A DNA stretch of 32,000 nucleotides, taken from assembly GCA_963843975.1 (NCBI GenBank), contig CAWJMG010000003.1, forward strand, positions 1,800,001 through 1,832,000. Reading direction: 5' to 3'. Under the pieces are notes generated by a model. That model worked only from the letters and a program-made list of their open reading frames with translations, was not told the DNA's origin and did not search any database. The number at the start of each line of letters is the position of its first letter. Position 1 is the first letter of the stretch. A program made the position numbers and the translations under genes. Source of the stretch: an uncultured Actinomycetes bacterium. GTDB taxonomy: Bacteria > Actinomycetota > Actinomycetes > S36-B12 > CAIYMF01. Below, piece by piece: positions 22,673 through 31,811 of this stretch.

Positions 22673-23198
22673 CGTGCGAGAGCGCTCCGGCGAGTCGCCC
22701 GCAGCGTGCGGCCGCGTGTCGCGAACCAGTGACGAAGGCCTCTCCCACGGGCGCCACAGGCACCGTGATCGCCCGCCGTCCATCAGTGCCCTTGGCCATC
22801 TCCTGCGATGACGGTGCGCTCACAGCAGACGAGGTATGACCACCAAGATGGGTGATCATGCCTCTGACCTGCACTACCCACAACGACGGGGCATCAGCTC
22901 CGGAACCCCTGGGATTCCTTAGCTTATCGAGGTCGAGCCTCAGCTGACAGTTGCCGGTCTTAGCGGAACAACGGCGCGTGAGTGGCCACCGTTTGTGTCC
23001 ACTGTGTGGCCACCTTCTAGCTCCAACACCACGATGCTGCCTCGACGCTTGAGCTCGACAGCCGTCCAAAGCCTAGTGAAACTGCTGTCGACCATGCACC
23101 CGTCCGCGCGGACACGGCCGCCGAGCGGAGAGGGCTGGGGACTCAGGAGCCGGGCTCTCGGGCGAGGGCCTGTTCAAGCCAGAACGAGCGCCCGGTCA

Positions 23199-23897
23199 CT
23201 AGGACATCCACGCGAGCACCTCATCCACCCAGGATCGGTCGTACTCTTCAAAGCGAGGGACCCCGCCGACGTCTGGCGACCTCGTCCAGTGATATGTCAC
23301 GCCTGGGTTGTGCAGATTCTGACCTTCCGGGCCGAAGAAGTGTGGACTGCCTCGGACGACGCCGCCTGCGGCATCACGCCAGTCGTCATAGACCGTCTGG
23401 CGGCTTCCGCCGCGCTCCAGAGCACCCATCAGCCGCGGTGTGTCGAGCCCCTCGACGCTGAGTGCGATCTCCTCGATCACGGACGGGACGCTGAGACAAC
23501 GGCCTTGCGCGTACCAGGCCTGGCGCAAGGCAGCGTCCAGATGATCGCTGACGATATGCCCATCCGGCTCCATCGCTTTCACAGCCTGCACGGCCTCCAT
23601 CGCCAGCAGCGTCGTGACCGGGTAGTGCCACGACGGCGAATCCCACATGCGCCAACCAAGCTCGGGCACGAGACCGACGATCGCCACGATCTCCGCATCG
23701 ATGATCGGACGGGGAGTAGGACGCCGGTTGAAGAGCTCCAACGGAAAGGCCCTGTGCTCGATCAGCAACTGCTGGCCCCTCGACGCCGCCTCCGCGCGAA
23801 CCACGTGGAGCGCGAGGCTGGCCCACGGGCAGCCAATGTCCGACCAGACAGTGAGCGTCCGCTCTCGCGTGGGGGGTGTCGCGTTCACGTTGTCCAA
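23199..23897 (-). CDS. DsbA/FrnE-like thioredoxin-fold protein with monothiol CPWA motif
   Basis: 232 aa. The segment TVWSDIGCPWASLALHV occupies the position of the DsbA-family CPWC active site, with the second Cys replaced by Ala. The start is TTG 23897 with a GAGGGA RBS. Confidence 0.65.
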   Translation of the reverse strand: MDNVNATPPTRERTLTVWSDIGCPWASLALHVVRAEAASRGQQLLIEHRAFPLELFNRRPTPRPIIDAEIVAIVGLVPELGWRMWDSPSWHYPVTTLLAMEAVQAVKAMEPDGHIVSDHLDAALRQAWYAQGRCLSVPSVIEEIALSVEGLDTPRLMGALERGGSRQTVYDDWRDAAGGVVRGSPHFFGPEGQNLHNPGVTYHWTRSPDVGGVPRFEEYDRSWVDEVLAWMS

Positions 23898-23994
23898 TCG
23901 GCGTCCCTCGTCCGGCTTACGGCCTTGCGGTCGTGTGCGAGACGCGCATGACGCCCCACACGCATATAGTGCGCAGGTCTCAAGGTGGCGACAT

Positions 23995-25308
23995 CTACTC
24001 GCGTGCTCGAGCTACGGCATTGTCGAAGGCCGCAGGATCGTAGTACGCGCGCTCATACGCGACCCGTCCACCAACGACAGTGTCCGAGATCGTGGCGCAC
24101 CAGGTGACCGGTACACCCTCAGGCGGTGCACCGGGGCCGACGTACAGAGCGCGGCAGAGCAGCTCACCGATCACGTTGGTGGAGTTGGCCACCACCTGAA
24201 CGAACTCAACGTTGACCTGGCCCTCGCGGAACAACGAGTTGTACGCCACCATGTGTCGACGGAACGCGTCTTTTCCGCGTACCGGCTGGTCGGGGAACGG
24301 CATGTCGGTGTACTGCAAGTCATCGTCGAAGCATTCCAACAGCCCGTCGAGATCGTTCGTCGCCCAACAACCGATGAGCCGACGAAACAGGGCTTCGTTG
24401 TGCCTGGCGCCGTCAAGCGCGTCGGACGGACCCGAAGCAGGCTTGATGCTGTCCTTAGGTGTGAGGAGAGCCTCGTGCGCCAGCAGAAAGGCATCGAGGC
24501 TCTCAGCAGCGCGTCCAGCGAATCGTCGTACCTCGCTCGTGACCGTCGAGGTGTGCCCCGAGGCGATGCTGTCCGAGATCCGGGTCATGTACGAGATCTC
24601 ATCGTCACTCATTCCGCTCTGCCGCATCCGCTCGATAGCCTGCTCGGCTGGCTCCTCCACGCCGACGATCCCTGTGCCGGCGACGCGGGAGATGCGTGCC
24701 GCCAGTTCCTCGAGCGTCAGTGCTTCGGGCCCGGTCAGGTCAAGTGCTTCTCCAACAGCACCACCGGTCACCAGAAGGCTGGCCGCGACGATTCCGACGT
24801 CGCGTGCGTCAATCCATGCGATGCGTTCGCCCCCCGTCGTCATCACGACGAGCCGGTCGTCGCGGATCATGCTGCCAAAGAAGTTCGCCTCGACAAGGTC
24901 CTGCATGTACCAGCTCGGTCGAAGAATCGTCCAGTCGAGATCCGCTGCCTCCACGACGAGCTCGGCAGCCCTCTCCGCCACATCGGGTGGCCGCGTCCCT
25001 GCCGCGCACTCGGATACCAGCACCAGGCGACGCACACCCTCCGCGCCCATGGCTTCGATGAAGTCGGACACCAGCGCGACGACATCCTCGGACTCCGGCT
25101 TCACCAGGTAGACACCGTCGACGCCCTGCAGGGCAGGCAGCCAGGTCAACCGGTCGTACCAGTCAAAGCGAATGCTCTCAGAGCGGTTCGTAGTCAGCCG
25201 TTCAGGCGTTCGGGACGCAGCTCGAACGGACGCTCCCCGTTCCAGCAGCGCATGAGCGACATAGCGACCGGTCTTGCCGCTCGCGCCAATGACCAAGTAG
25301 GTGCTCAC
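23995..25308 (-). CDS. NmrA-like NAD(P)-binding domain fused to a SnoaL/NTF2-like domain
   Basis: GTG 25308 follows AAGGAG. The N-terminus YLVIGASGKTGRYVAHALLERG is a Rossmann motif and WTILRPSWYMQ is NmrA-like. The C-terminal approximately 130 aa (FRRLIGCWATNDLDGLLECFDDDLQYTDMPF...) resembles a SnoaL-like polyketide cyclase fold. Confidence 0.7.
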   Translation of the reverse strand: MSTYLVIGASGKTGRYVAHALLERGASVRAASRTPERLTTNRSESIRFDWYDRLTWLPALQGVDGVYLVKPESEDVVALVSDFIEAMGAEGVRRLVLVSECAAGTRPPDVAERAAELVVEAADLDWTILRPSWYMQDLVEANFFGSMIRDDRLVVMTTGGERIAWIDARDVGIVAASLLVTGGAVGEALDLTGPEALTLEELAARISRVAGTGIVGVEEPAEQAIERMRQSGMSDDEISYMTRISDSIASGHTSTVTSEVRRFAGRAAESLDAFLLAHEALLTPKDSIKPASGPSDALDGARHNEALFRRLIGCWATNDLDGLLECFDDDLQYTDMPFPDQPVRGKDAFRRHMVAYNSLFREGQVNVEFVQVVANSTNVIGELLCRALYVGPGAPPEGVPVTWCATISDTVVGGRVAYERAYYDPAAFDNAVARARE

Positions 25309-25861
25309 ACTGCTCCTTGAATTCAGCTCATCGCCAACCGACATACACCCCGGACCGCTGGTACAGCAGACGCTGGTTGTAATTCGCCTTCTCGACAACG
25401 GTGCCCAGTTGAACTGAGAGCACCGTGTCAGCCCTCCATGGGAACCGCGATACCCGAAAGTCACAACATCGCGCCAGGCTTCTATGCGGATTCTCGAATG
25501 GATTGCCCGAGGCGCGCCGCCTTGGCTCACGTCGCACCAGATGGCATCGCTCGGTGCCCGCCATGTCCGCACTCGGGTGAGTTACCCCACGAAGCCGGTC
25601 GGGTCGATACCGGCGATCCAACGGGTGGGAAGGTCCGCGCTCCGACCCGCGTCGGCGAGTCGCTCCTCCCGCAGCAACGCGCTCTTCACCAGCTGGCCTC
25701 CAAGGAATCTGATGGGCTCAGGGGGCAGACCCCTGCCTTGAGGCTGCCGGCTCAGCGTCTGCGCCACCACGTCCAGGTCGCCTCCCATGACGAGCTGAAC
25801 CAGGACGTTCGCACCGACGAGCGATGGCCCCAGCAGTGACGAGTGGCCGCTTCATTCCAGC

Positions 25862-27650
25862 GACCTCTGGGACGACGTGGATGCAGGATGCCACCGGTCG
25901 ATGGTGGACGCTGTGCATCAGCATGGCGCCCTGGCAAGCATCCAACTTCATCACGGTGGCGCCCATGCGCTGCGAAGGCTCTCACGGGAGCCCGCGTTCT
26001 CACCTTCCGGACTGGCGTCTGAACTTCCACCCCCGGCCTTCCCACCAGGGACTCCGAGAGTCATGACGCAGGAGGACATCGATCGGGTCCAGTTGGCTTT
26101 TGTCGACGCGGCACTGCGCGCCCGAGACTTGGGCTACGACGTCGTGGATGTGCTCGCCGGCTACGGCTACCTGGCAGCCCAGTTCTTGTCGCCCTTCCAC
26201 AACCAGCGCACGGACCGGTATGGCGGCTCGTTGGAGAGCCGCGCGCGCTTCTGGCTGGAGACGTTGAGTCGAGTGCGCGACGCGGTGGGTGCTGACTGCG
26301 CCATTGCGACTCGCGTGGCAATCCAGACCGACGGCCCTTGGGGCCACACGGTTGACGACACGGTGGCGCTGGTTCGGATGGCGGACTCGCTGGTAGACGT
26401 CTGGAACCTGAACCTCGGGTCCGTCCTGGACTGGGGCAGCGACATCAGCCCCCCGCGGACGGTGCCAGAAGGCAGGAACCTGGAGCTGCCTAGGTTGGTA
26501 CGCCGGGCTACGAGTAAACCCGTCGTGGGAGTGTCGCGACTGACCAGTCCTGATCTCATGGCGCGCGCCGTCCGTTCCGGACTCATCGATCTCGTCGGAT
26601 CCGCTCGGCAGTCGATCGCTGACCCCTTCTTCCCTCGGAAGGTTGAGGAGGGTCGCACCGAGGACATCCGCGAGTGCATGGGCATCAACCACTGCATCAG
26701 CAGCCTCGAGAGGGGCAACCTGACGTGTGCGCAGAATGCCACTGCTGGGGAGGAGTTCAGGCGCGGTTGGCACCCGGAGCAGTTTGAGACGCTGACTGAT
26801 CGGGATGTCAGGATCCTGGTGATCGGTGCCGGCCCGGCAGGTCTGGAAGCCGCGATCGGCCTCGCGAAGCGAGGAGCCGAGTCGGTGCACCTCGTTGACG
26901 CAGCCGAGCGGATCGGCGGCCATCTGCGGCCAGTCGTCGAATTGCCCGGCATGCAGGAGTGGGGGCGGTTCATCGACCATCGGAAAATCCAGATCGACAA
27001 GCTCGCCAACCTGCAGTTCGTGCCCTCGACGAGATTGCACGCTGACGAGGTCCGCGACTACGGGGCGTCGCACGTGGTCGTGGCGACCGGTGCTCAGTGG
27101 TTGGGTACAGGGCTCACTCCCGGTACGCACACGCCGCTCCATGGAGTGGCGGGAGGCGCCGAGTGGGTGTTCACGCCCGAACAGCTGCTCGTTGAAGCGC
27201 GACGCCCCGCGGCAGGTAGTCATGTCACCCTGTACGACGCCGAGGGCTACTACATGGGGGCCGCCATCGCCCAGCTTCTTGCTGACGAGGGATACCGAGT
27301 AGACATCGTGACGCCTCATGCCCAAGTCGCAGCCGAGGCCGACATGACCCTCGAGGGTGCCGCGATCCGGGCGTCGCTTCACAACAGCGGGGTCGTGATG
27401 CATCGCAACGTCTCATTGACCGCCGCACATGCTGGCCTCGTCTTGGGGACGGCTGGGTTCGATGTCCCCTTCTCTCTTGAGACTGGCGCGCTGGTGCTCG
27501 TGACGGCTCGAGTCGCGATGGATGAGATCTACCGCGACCTCATGAGCGATCCCGATGCCCTGCGCGAGGCAGGCATCCAGGCCGTCTACTGCATCGGGGA
27601 TGCGCTCTCTCCGCGTCCCTTGGCGGACGCCATGTTTGATGGTCACCGAC
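25862..27650 (+). pseudogene. trimethylamine/dimethylamine/histamine dehydrogenase-family flavoprotein, truncated at both ends
   Basis: It is collinear with TMADH from DLWDD...MVDAVHQHGALASIQLHHGG through RTDRYGGSLESRARFWLETLSRVRDAVGADCAIATR, MADSLVDVWNLNLG, CAQNATAGEEFRRGWHPE and VIGAGPAGLEAA to FDGHR. About 90 N-terminal residues are missing, with an in-frame stop at 25796-25798. The 3' end is cut by the IS element. Confidence 0.8.
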
Positions 27651-29088
27651 TCGCACGCGTGTCCAACTCCTCACCTTTGTGTGGGTAGCTGGAGGGTGAT
27701 TCCGGAGCAGCAGAGGTAGACCATCTCGATCAGGCTGCGGGCGCTGTGGTGGCCGTAGCCGCGGCGCTGGATGAGTCGGACCTTGCCGTTGATGCCCTCG
27801 TTTCGGGAGTTCGACAGTCCCAGGACGACGGCGTTGACGATGTGGTCGAGGTGGGTCGCCATCGTGCCGGCGAGGTTGGCCATGGCCTTGATCCCGCTGG
27901 TGTGCGCGTCTCGGATCCAGCGTCGCAGGTAGCGGCGGGCGCGGGCGGGCTCAACGATGCGGTATAGGTCGCGGAGTCGTTCCTTGAGCAGCCAGGCGCG
28001 GTAGACGTCCTGGTGGCCGTGGCGCAGCGCGGCCAGCAGGGCGTGGTGCGACTCCGACAGCCGTTCGGCTCCCTTGCGCAGCGCGAGCTGGGTCGCAGCC
28101 CAGATCCTTCGGCCCGGTCGGCCGTGGTGGGTGATGTCGTTGGGGAACCGGACCCGGGCGCCGCGGAACACCGCGTCCAACGCCTTGGTCGCCATCGCGA
28201 TCACGTGGAACGGGTCAGCGACGATCGCGGCCTGCGGGGCTCGGCGCATCGTTTCGGTCCGGTAGGCGGCACCGAGGTCCATCGTGACGGCTTGGAGGGC
28301 TGCAGTTCGGTTGGGGCCCAACGCGTCGTAGAAACGTCCCAGGGTCGCGCTGTCCTTGCCCTGGTCGGCCCAGACGACCTTCCCCGAATCGTGGTCCACG
28401 ACCAGGGTGAGGTACTTGTGGCCGAGCCGGTAGGAGATCTCGTCGACCCCGATCCGGGTCAGGCCGTCCAGTCGTGTGTCGTCGAGGTGCTCGGCCACGA
28501 CCAGCCCGACGATGCGGTCGACGCTGGCCCACGAGCAGCCCATCAGTTCGGCGACGGCGGTCTTGTCCATCCGTTGGGCCAGCCAGGCAACCACGTCCTC
28601 GAAGTCGCGGGTGTGGCGCGCGCCGGGCCGTGCCCAGGGAACGGTTTCGGTGCGGACCCTGCCGCAGCCGCGGCAGTCGACCCGAGCGATGTCGGCCTGC
28701 AGCCAGACCCGGGTGGCACCGAAGTCCAGGTGCCGCCAGCGGCGCCGGGAGAAGTCGTAACGGGCTGCGGTCGTGGCACCGCAGGGGCACTGGTGCCGAC
28801 GCCGCGTGCGGCGCACCGAGAGCACGAGCCCCTCGTCAGTGAACTCCACACCCGACACGAGCGTGCCAGCCAGCTTGAGGGCACGGTTGAATGCAGTCGT
28901 GACGCGCACGGCGTCCTCGCTTCCAGGCTCGAAGGCTTCGCAACCCCGAACCTAGGCGCGACCAGGGCCCGTGCGCGTCACCCCGCCACCGCGCGGCCTG
29001 GGATACCCACAGCCACAAGCGATCCCCGCGAAAAACCAACCACCGACACGCCCACAGGAACGTGCGGAGTTGGACGCGAGTTCGAGTC
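27648..29088. mobile_element. ISL3-family insertion sequence (about 1.44 kb) with imperfect terminal inverted repeats
   Basis: The left end GACTCGCACGCGTGTCCAACTCCTCAC (27648-27674) matches the reverse complement of 29062-29088 (GACTCGAACTCGCGTCCAACTCCGCAC) at 23 of 27 positions. Flanking near-direct repeats are GTCACCGAC (27642-27650) and GTCACCCGAC (29086-29095). The boundaries are uncertain by a few bp. Confidence 0.75.
27671..28909 (-). CDS. ISL3-family transposase
   Basis: 412 aa from a GTG start. It has an N-terminal zinc-finger region (HQCPCG...VDCRGCG), then GVDEISYRLGHKYLTLVVD, DPFHVI and SNSRNEGINGKVRLIQRRGYG, all typical of ISL3 DDE transposases. Confidence 0.9.
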   Translation of the reverse strand: MRVTTAFNRALKLAGTLVSGVEFTDEGLVLSVRRTRRRHQCPCGATTAARYDFSRRRWRHLDFGATRVWLQADIARVDCRGCGRVRTETVPWARPGARHTRDFEDVVAWLAQRMDKTAVAELMGCSWASVDRIVGLVVAEHLDDTRLDGLTRIGVDEISYRLGHKYLTLVVDHDSGKVVWADQGKDSATLGRFYDALGPNRTAALQAVTMDLGAAYRTETMRRAPQAAIVADPFHVIAMATKALDAVFRGARVRFPNDITHHGRPGRRIWAATQLALRKGAERLSESHHALLAALRHGHQDVYRAWLLKERLRDLYRIVEPARARRYLRRWIRDAHTSGIKAMANLAGTMATHLDHIVNAVVLGLSNSRNEGINGKVRLIQRRGYGHHSARSLIEMVYLCCSGITLQLPTQR

Positions 29089-29312
29089 ACCCGACCCCAT
29101 GACGCCCCTCCCCTACAGGCGTGAGGTCACCGCTTAAGGCGTGACCCGTCGCGTGACGTTTGCGCCGAATCCCCGACCGCGGACCCCACCACTCGAGGGC
29201 CGGGACTTGCTCGTCGGACGTCAAAGAGGCCGACCAGATTCGCGGAACATGTAGATCGCGAACGCCGATCCGGCTGGAAGACTCCGGGCACACCCGATGG
29301 ATGGAGACGAGA

Positions 29313-30383
29313 ATGACCACCGTGTCTCAGCAGAAGCCGACACCGGAGCAGGAGATGCTCAACTGGGGCCGCCTGCTCATGGACGGTCTTCCATTCGCGG
29401 ATCTCATCGCTGCTCGAGACCGAGAGTCCGGTCTCAACTGGTTCGACTTCTGGATGGGTCGGGCCGACGACTACGAGTCACTCGCCGACGCTGCTCTCGC
29501 AGAGGGTCACTCGCTCACCGCGGGCTACTGGCTGTGGGTCGGTTCTATGGCCGCTCAGTACGCTCAGTTCCTCTGGTTCGATGAGCGCCGGCCGCGCGGT
29601 CAGCTTCGCAAGGCTGAGCTGTACCACCGGGCTGCACCTCTCCTCGACCCTCCGGCGGTCCGCATCGACCTGCCCATCGATGACACGACGATCATCGGGT
29701 ACCTCCGCCTTCCTCGAAACGCCGGCGGCCCGGTCCCCTGTGCTGTGCTCCTTGGGGGCCTTGAGAGCACGAAGGAGGAGAGCTTCATGTTCGAGAACCT
29801 GCTTCTCGATCGTGGTGTGGCTACCTTCAGCTTCGACGGTCCTGGCCAGGGTGAGATGCTCCAGGACGTTGCACTGTCCGGGGACTATGAGCGGTATACG
29901 TCTCGCGCCGTTGACCACCTCGTCACGCTGCAGGACACCATTGCCGTAGACCGGATCGGAGTCCTCGGCCGGAGCCTTGGAGGCCACTACGCACTTCGTT
30001 CTGCCGCCATGGACGATCGGTTTCGCGCCTGCGTCTCATGGGGCGGCTTCGTGCAGATGGACGATTGGGACTTCGAGTATCCGATGACGAAGCTGAGCTG
30101 GCAGTACGTCACCAAGTCGCCCGACCTTGATACGGCGCAGATTCGGGTCCGTGACGCTATCGACGTCCGGCCCGTGCTGTCCGGCCTGACGTGCCCGACC
30201 TACGTCCTTCACGGCGCCAAGGACGAGACCCCGATCACCGAGCTAGACCTGCTCAAGGAGTTCGCCGTCAACGCCCCGATCGTGATTGACGTCGAGCCGG
30301 AAGGCGACCATTGCTGCCACAACCTCGGACCGGCGCCGAGACTGAGGATGGCGGACTGGCTGGTCACGGAGCTGACGCGCTGA
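29313..30383 (+). CDS. alpha/beta hydrolase (FrsA / dihydroxypseudooxynicotine-hydrolase-like)
   Basis: It has an N-terminal helical cap domain, the nucleophile elbow GRSLGG and a C-terminal His in EGDHCCHN. ATG 29313 has a GGAGA RBS. The track ORF starts at 29160. Confidence 0.7.
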   Translation: MTTVSQQKPTPEQEMLNWGRLLMDGLPFADLIAARDRESGLNWFDFWMGRADDYESLADAALAEGHSLTAGYWLWVGSMAAQYAQFLWFDERRPRGQLRKAELYHRAAPLLDPPAVRIDLPIDDTTIIGYLRLPRNAGGPVPCAVLLGGLESTKEESFMFENLLLDRGVATFSFDGPGQGEMLQDVALSGDYERYTSRAVDHLVTLQDTIAVDRIGVLGRSLGGHYALRSAAMDDRFRACVSWGGFVQMDDWDFEYPMTKLSWQYVTKSPDLDTAQIRVRDAIDVRPVLSGLTCPTYVLHGAKDETPITELDLLKEFAVNAPIVIDVEPEGDHCCHNLGPAPRLRMADWLVTELTR

Positions 30384-30486
30384 CTTCCCCATAGCCGCGC
30401 CGTACGGCGCGGACGGGCCAGTACCAACGACTGACCACGCGTCATCATTGGCAGCCAAGCCGGCTGCACGAACCGGAGGCCACACG

Positions 30487-30837
30487 ATGGACGAGATCAA
30501 GGCTGTTGAATCCGCAAGCGTCGAGCTGGAGCAGTGGCAGCCGGACGGCGTCACCATTCTGCAGGGTGACCCTGCGGGCCGCGGGTTCACCCTGTTCGAG
30601 GACTTCACTAACGGCGCGCGCGGCACTGGTGTCTTCGAGTGCGAGCCCTCGAAGACGTCGTACGTGCTGGAGTTCAACGAGATCATCTATGTGCTCGAGG
30701 GCGAGGTGACCATCGAGCTCGAGAACGGCTCGCGCGTCGACCTGCGGCCCGGCATGCAGGCATTCCTGCCGGCAGGGCACATGTCCACGTGGACCTTCCA
30801 CACGAAGTTCCGGGAAGTTTGGGTCCTGGCCGACTGA
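30487..30837 (+). CDS. cupin-domain protein (DUF861/EutQ-like)
   Basis: ATG 30487 has a GGAGG RBS. NEIIYVLEGEVTIELENGSRVDLRPGMQAFLPAGHMSTW forms the two cupin beta-motifs. Confidence 0.7.
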   Translation: MDEIKAVESASVELEQWQPDGVTILQGDPAGRGFTLFEDFTNGARGTGVFECEPSKTSYVLEFNEIIYVLEGEVTIELENGSRVDLRPGMQAFLPAGHMSTWTFHTKFREVWVLAD

Positions 30838-30868
30838 GGCGGTCCCTCTCGACCCGAGCATTCCGGCG

Positions 30869-30909
30869 CTAGCACAGCACGGCCAGATCACCTGGCCGTG
30901 CTGTGCTAG
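30869..30909. terminator. bidirectional stem-loop terminator
   Basis: CTAGCACAGCACGGCCAG-ATCAC-CTGGCCGTGCTGTGCTAG forms a perfect 18-bp stem. It lies between the convergent cupin gene and purU. Confidence 0.75.
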
Positions 30910-30956
30910 TTCCTGGGGAGACCGCCGTGGGCTGCGTCGCGAGCGCGAGCGGCGTA

Positions 30957-31811
30957 CTAGCGGAACACCACGGTCTTGGATCCGTTCACGAGCACACGGT
31001 GCTCGGCGTGAGCGGTAACTGCCCGCGCTAGCGCAAGCGATTCAAGGTCTCGCCCGATCGCACTCAGGTGCGCGGCGGAGTGGCTGTGGTCGACTCGCGC
31101 AAAGTCCTGTTCGATGATCGGCCCTTCGTCGAGATCTGTAGTGACGTAGTGCGCTGTAGCACCGATGACCTTGACGCCGCGCGCGTGCGCCTGGAAGTAG
31201 GGGCGAGCTCCCTTGAAACTCGGCAAGAGGCTGTGGTGGATGTTGATCGCACGACCCGTCAAGTCGCGGCAGAGGCCCTCAGAGAGGACCTGCATGTAAC
31301 GAGCCAGAACCACCGATTGCGCGCCGTGCTCCGCGATGAGCGCTCGCAGTTCGGCCTCCGCGTCCTGCTTGGTCTCTGGGCTGACGGGCACGTAATAGAA
31401 CGGAATACCATGCCACTCGACGACGTCCCTCAAGTCCTCGTGGTTGGACACGACCGCAACGATCTGCGCGTGGATCGAGCCGATTCGGACTCGGTGCAGC
31501 AGGTCGTTCAGACAGTGCCCCTGACGGGACACCATGACGAGCATGCGGTGCGAATCGTTGGAATCGTGGATGGCCCACTCGGCATCCAGCTCCGCGCCCA
31601 CCACAGGGCCGAACTCGGCGCGGATGCTCGCCAGGCTGGAGCAGGCTTCAGCCACCGCGTGGACGCGCATGAAGAAGAGATTCGTGTCGTCATCGCCGAA
31701 CTGCTGACTATCACGGATGGTGAACCCACGGTCGGCGAGGAAGCCCGCGACGGCCGCAACGATCCCTGGCCGATCTTGGCAGGACAGGGTCAAGACCAGA
31801 TCAGCACTCAT
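30957..31811 (-). CDS. purU: formyltetrahydrofolate deformylase
   Basis: 284 aa from ATG 31811. It has an N-terminal ACT domain (LTLSCQDRPGIVAAVAGFLADRGFTI) and a formyltransferase core (INIHHSLLPSFKGARPY, GATAHYVTTDLDEGPII). Confidence 0.9.
   Translation of the reverse strand: MSADLVLTLSCQDRPGIVAAVAGFLADRGFTIRDSQQFGDDDTNLFFMRVHAVAEACSSLASIRAEFGPVVGAELDAEWAIHDSNDSHRMLVMVSRQGHCLNDLLHRVRIGSIHAQIVAVVSNHEDLRDVVEWHGIPFYYVPVSPETKQDAEAELRALIAEHGAQSVVLARYMQVLSEGLCRDLTGRAINIHHSLLPSFKGARPYFQAHARGVKVIGATAHYVTTDLDEGPIIEQDFARVDHSHSAAHLSAIGRDLESLALARAVTAHAEHRVLVNGSKTVVFR

Noticed and set aside
22473-23198. ORFs 22473-23069 (minus) and 22995-23951 (plus) in the gap between int and the DsbA-like gene
   Set aside because: They have no domain resemblance and mixed codon bias. 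The plus-strand ORF is antisense to the DsbA-like CDS. No excisionase-like HTH ORF was found, so the region is treated as decayed or non-coding.
25582-25850. Minus-strand frame (...SLLGPSLVGANVLVQLVMGGDLDVVAQTLSRQ...RWIAGIDPTGFVG) upstream of the TMADH-family remnant
   Set aside because: The codon bias is moderately coding-like and it could be a gene fragment at the deletion junction. I could not assign a family or a credible start, so it is not reported as a feature.
26000-27403. 467-aa minus-strand ORF and a 280-aa ORF (26167-27009) inside the TMADH-family region
   Set aside because: They are antisense to a frame that is collinear with TMADH over about 590 residues. No motifs are present.
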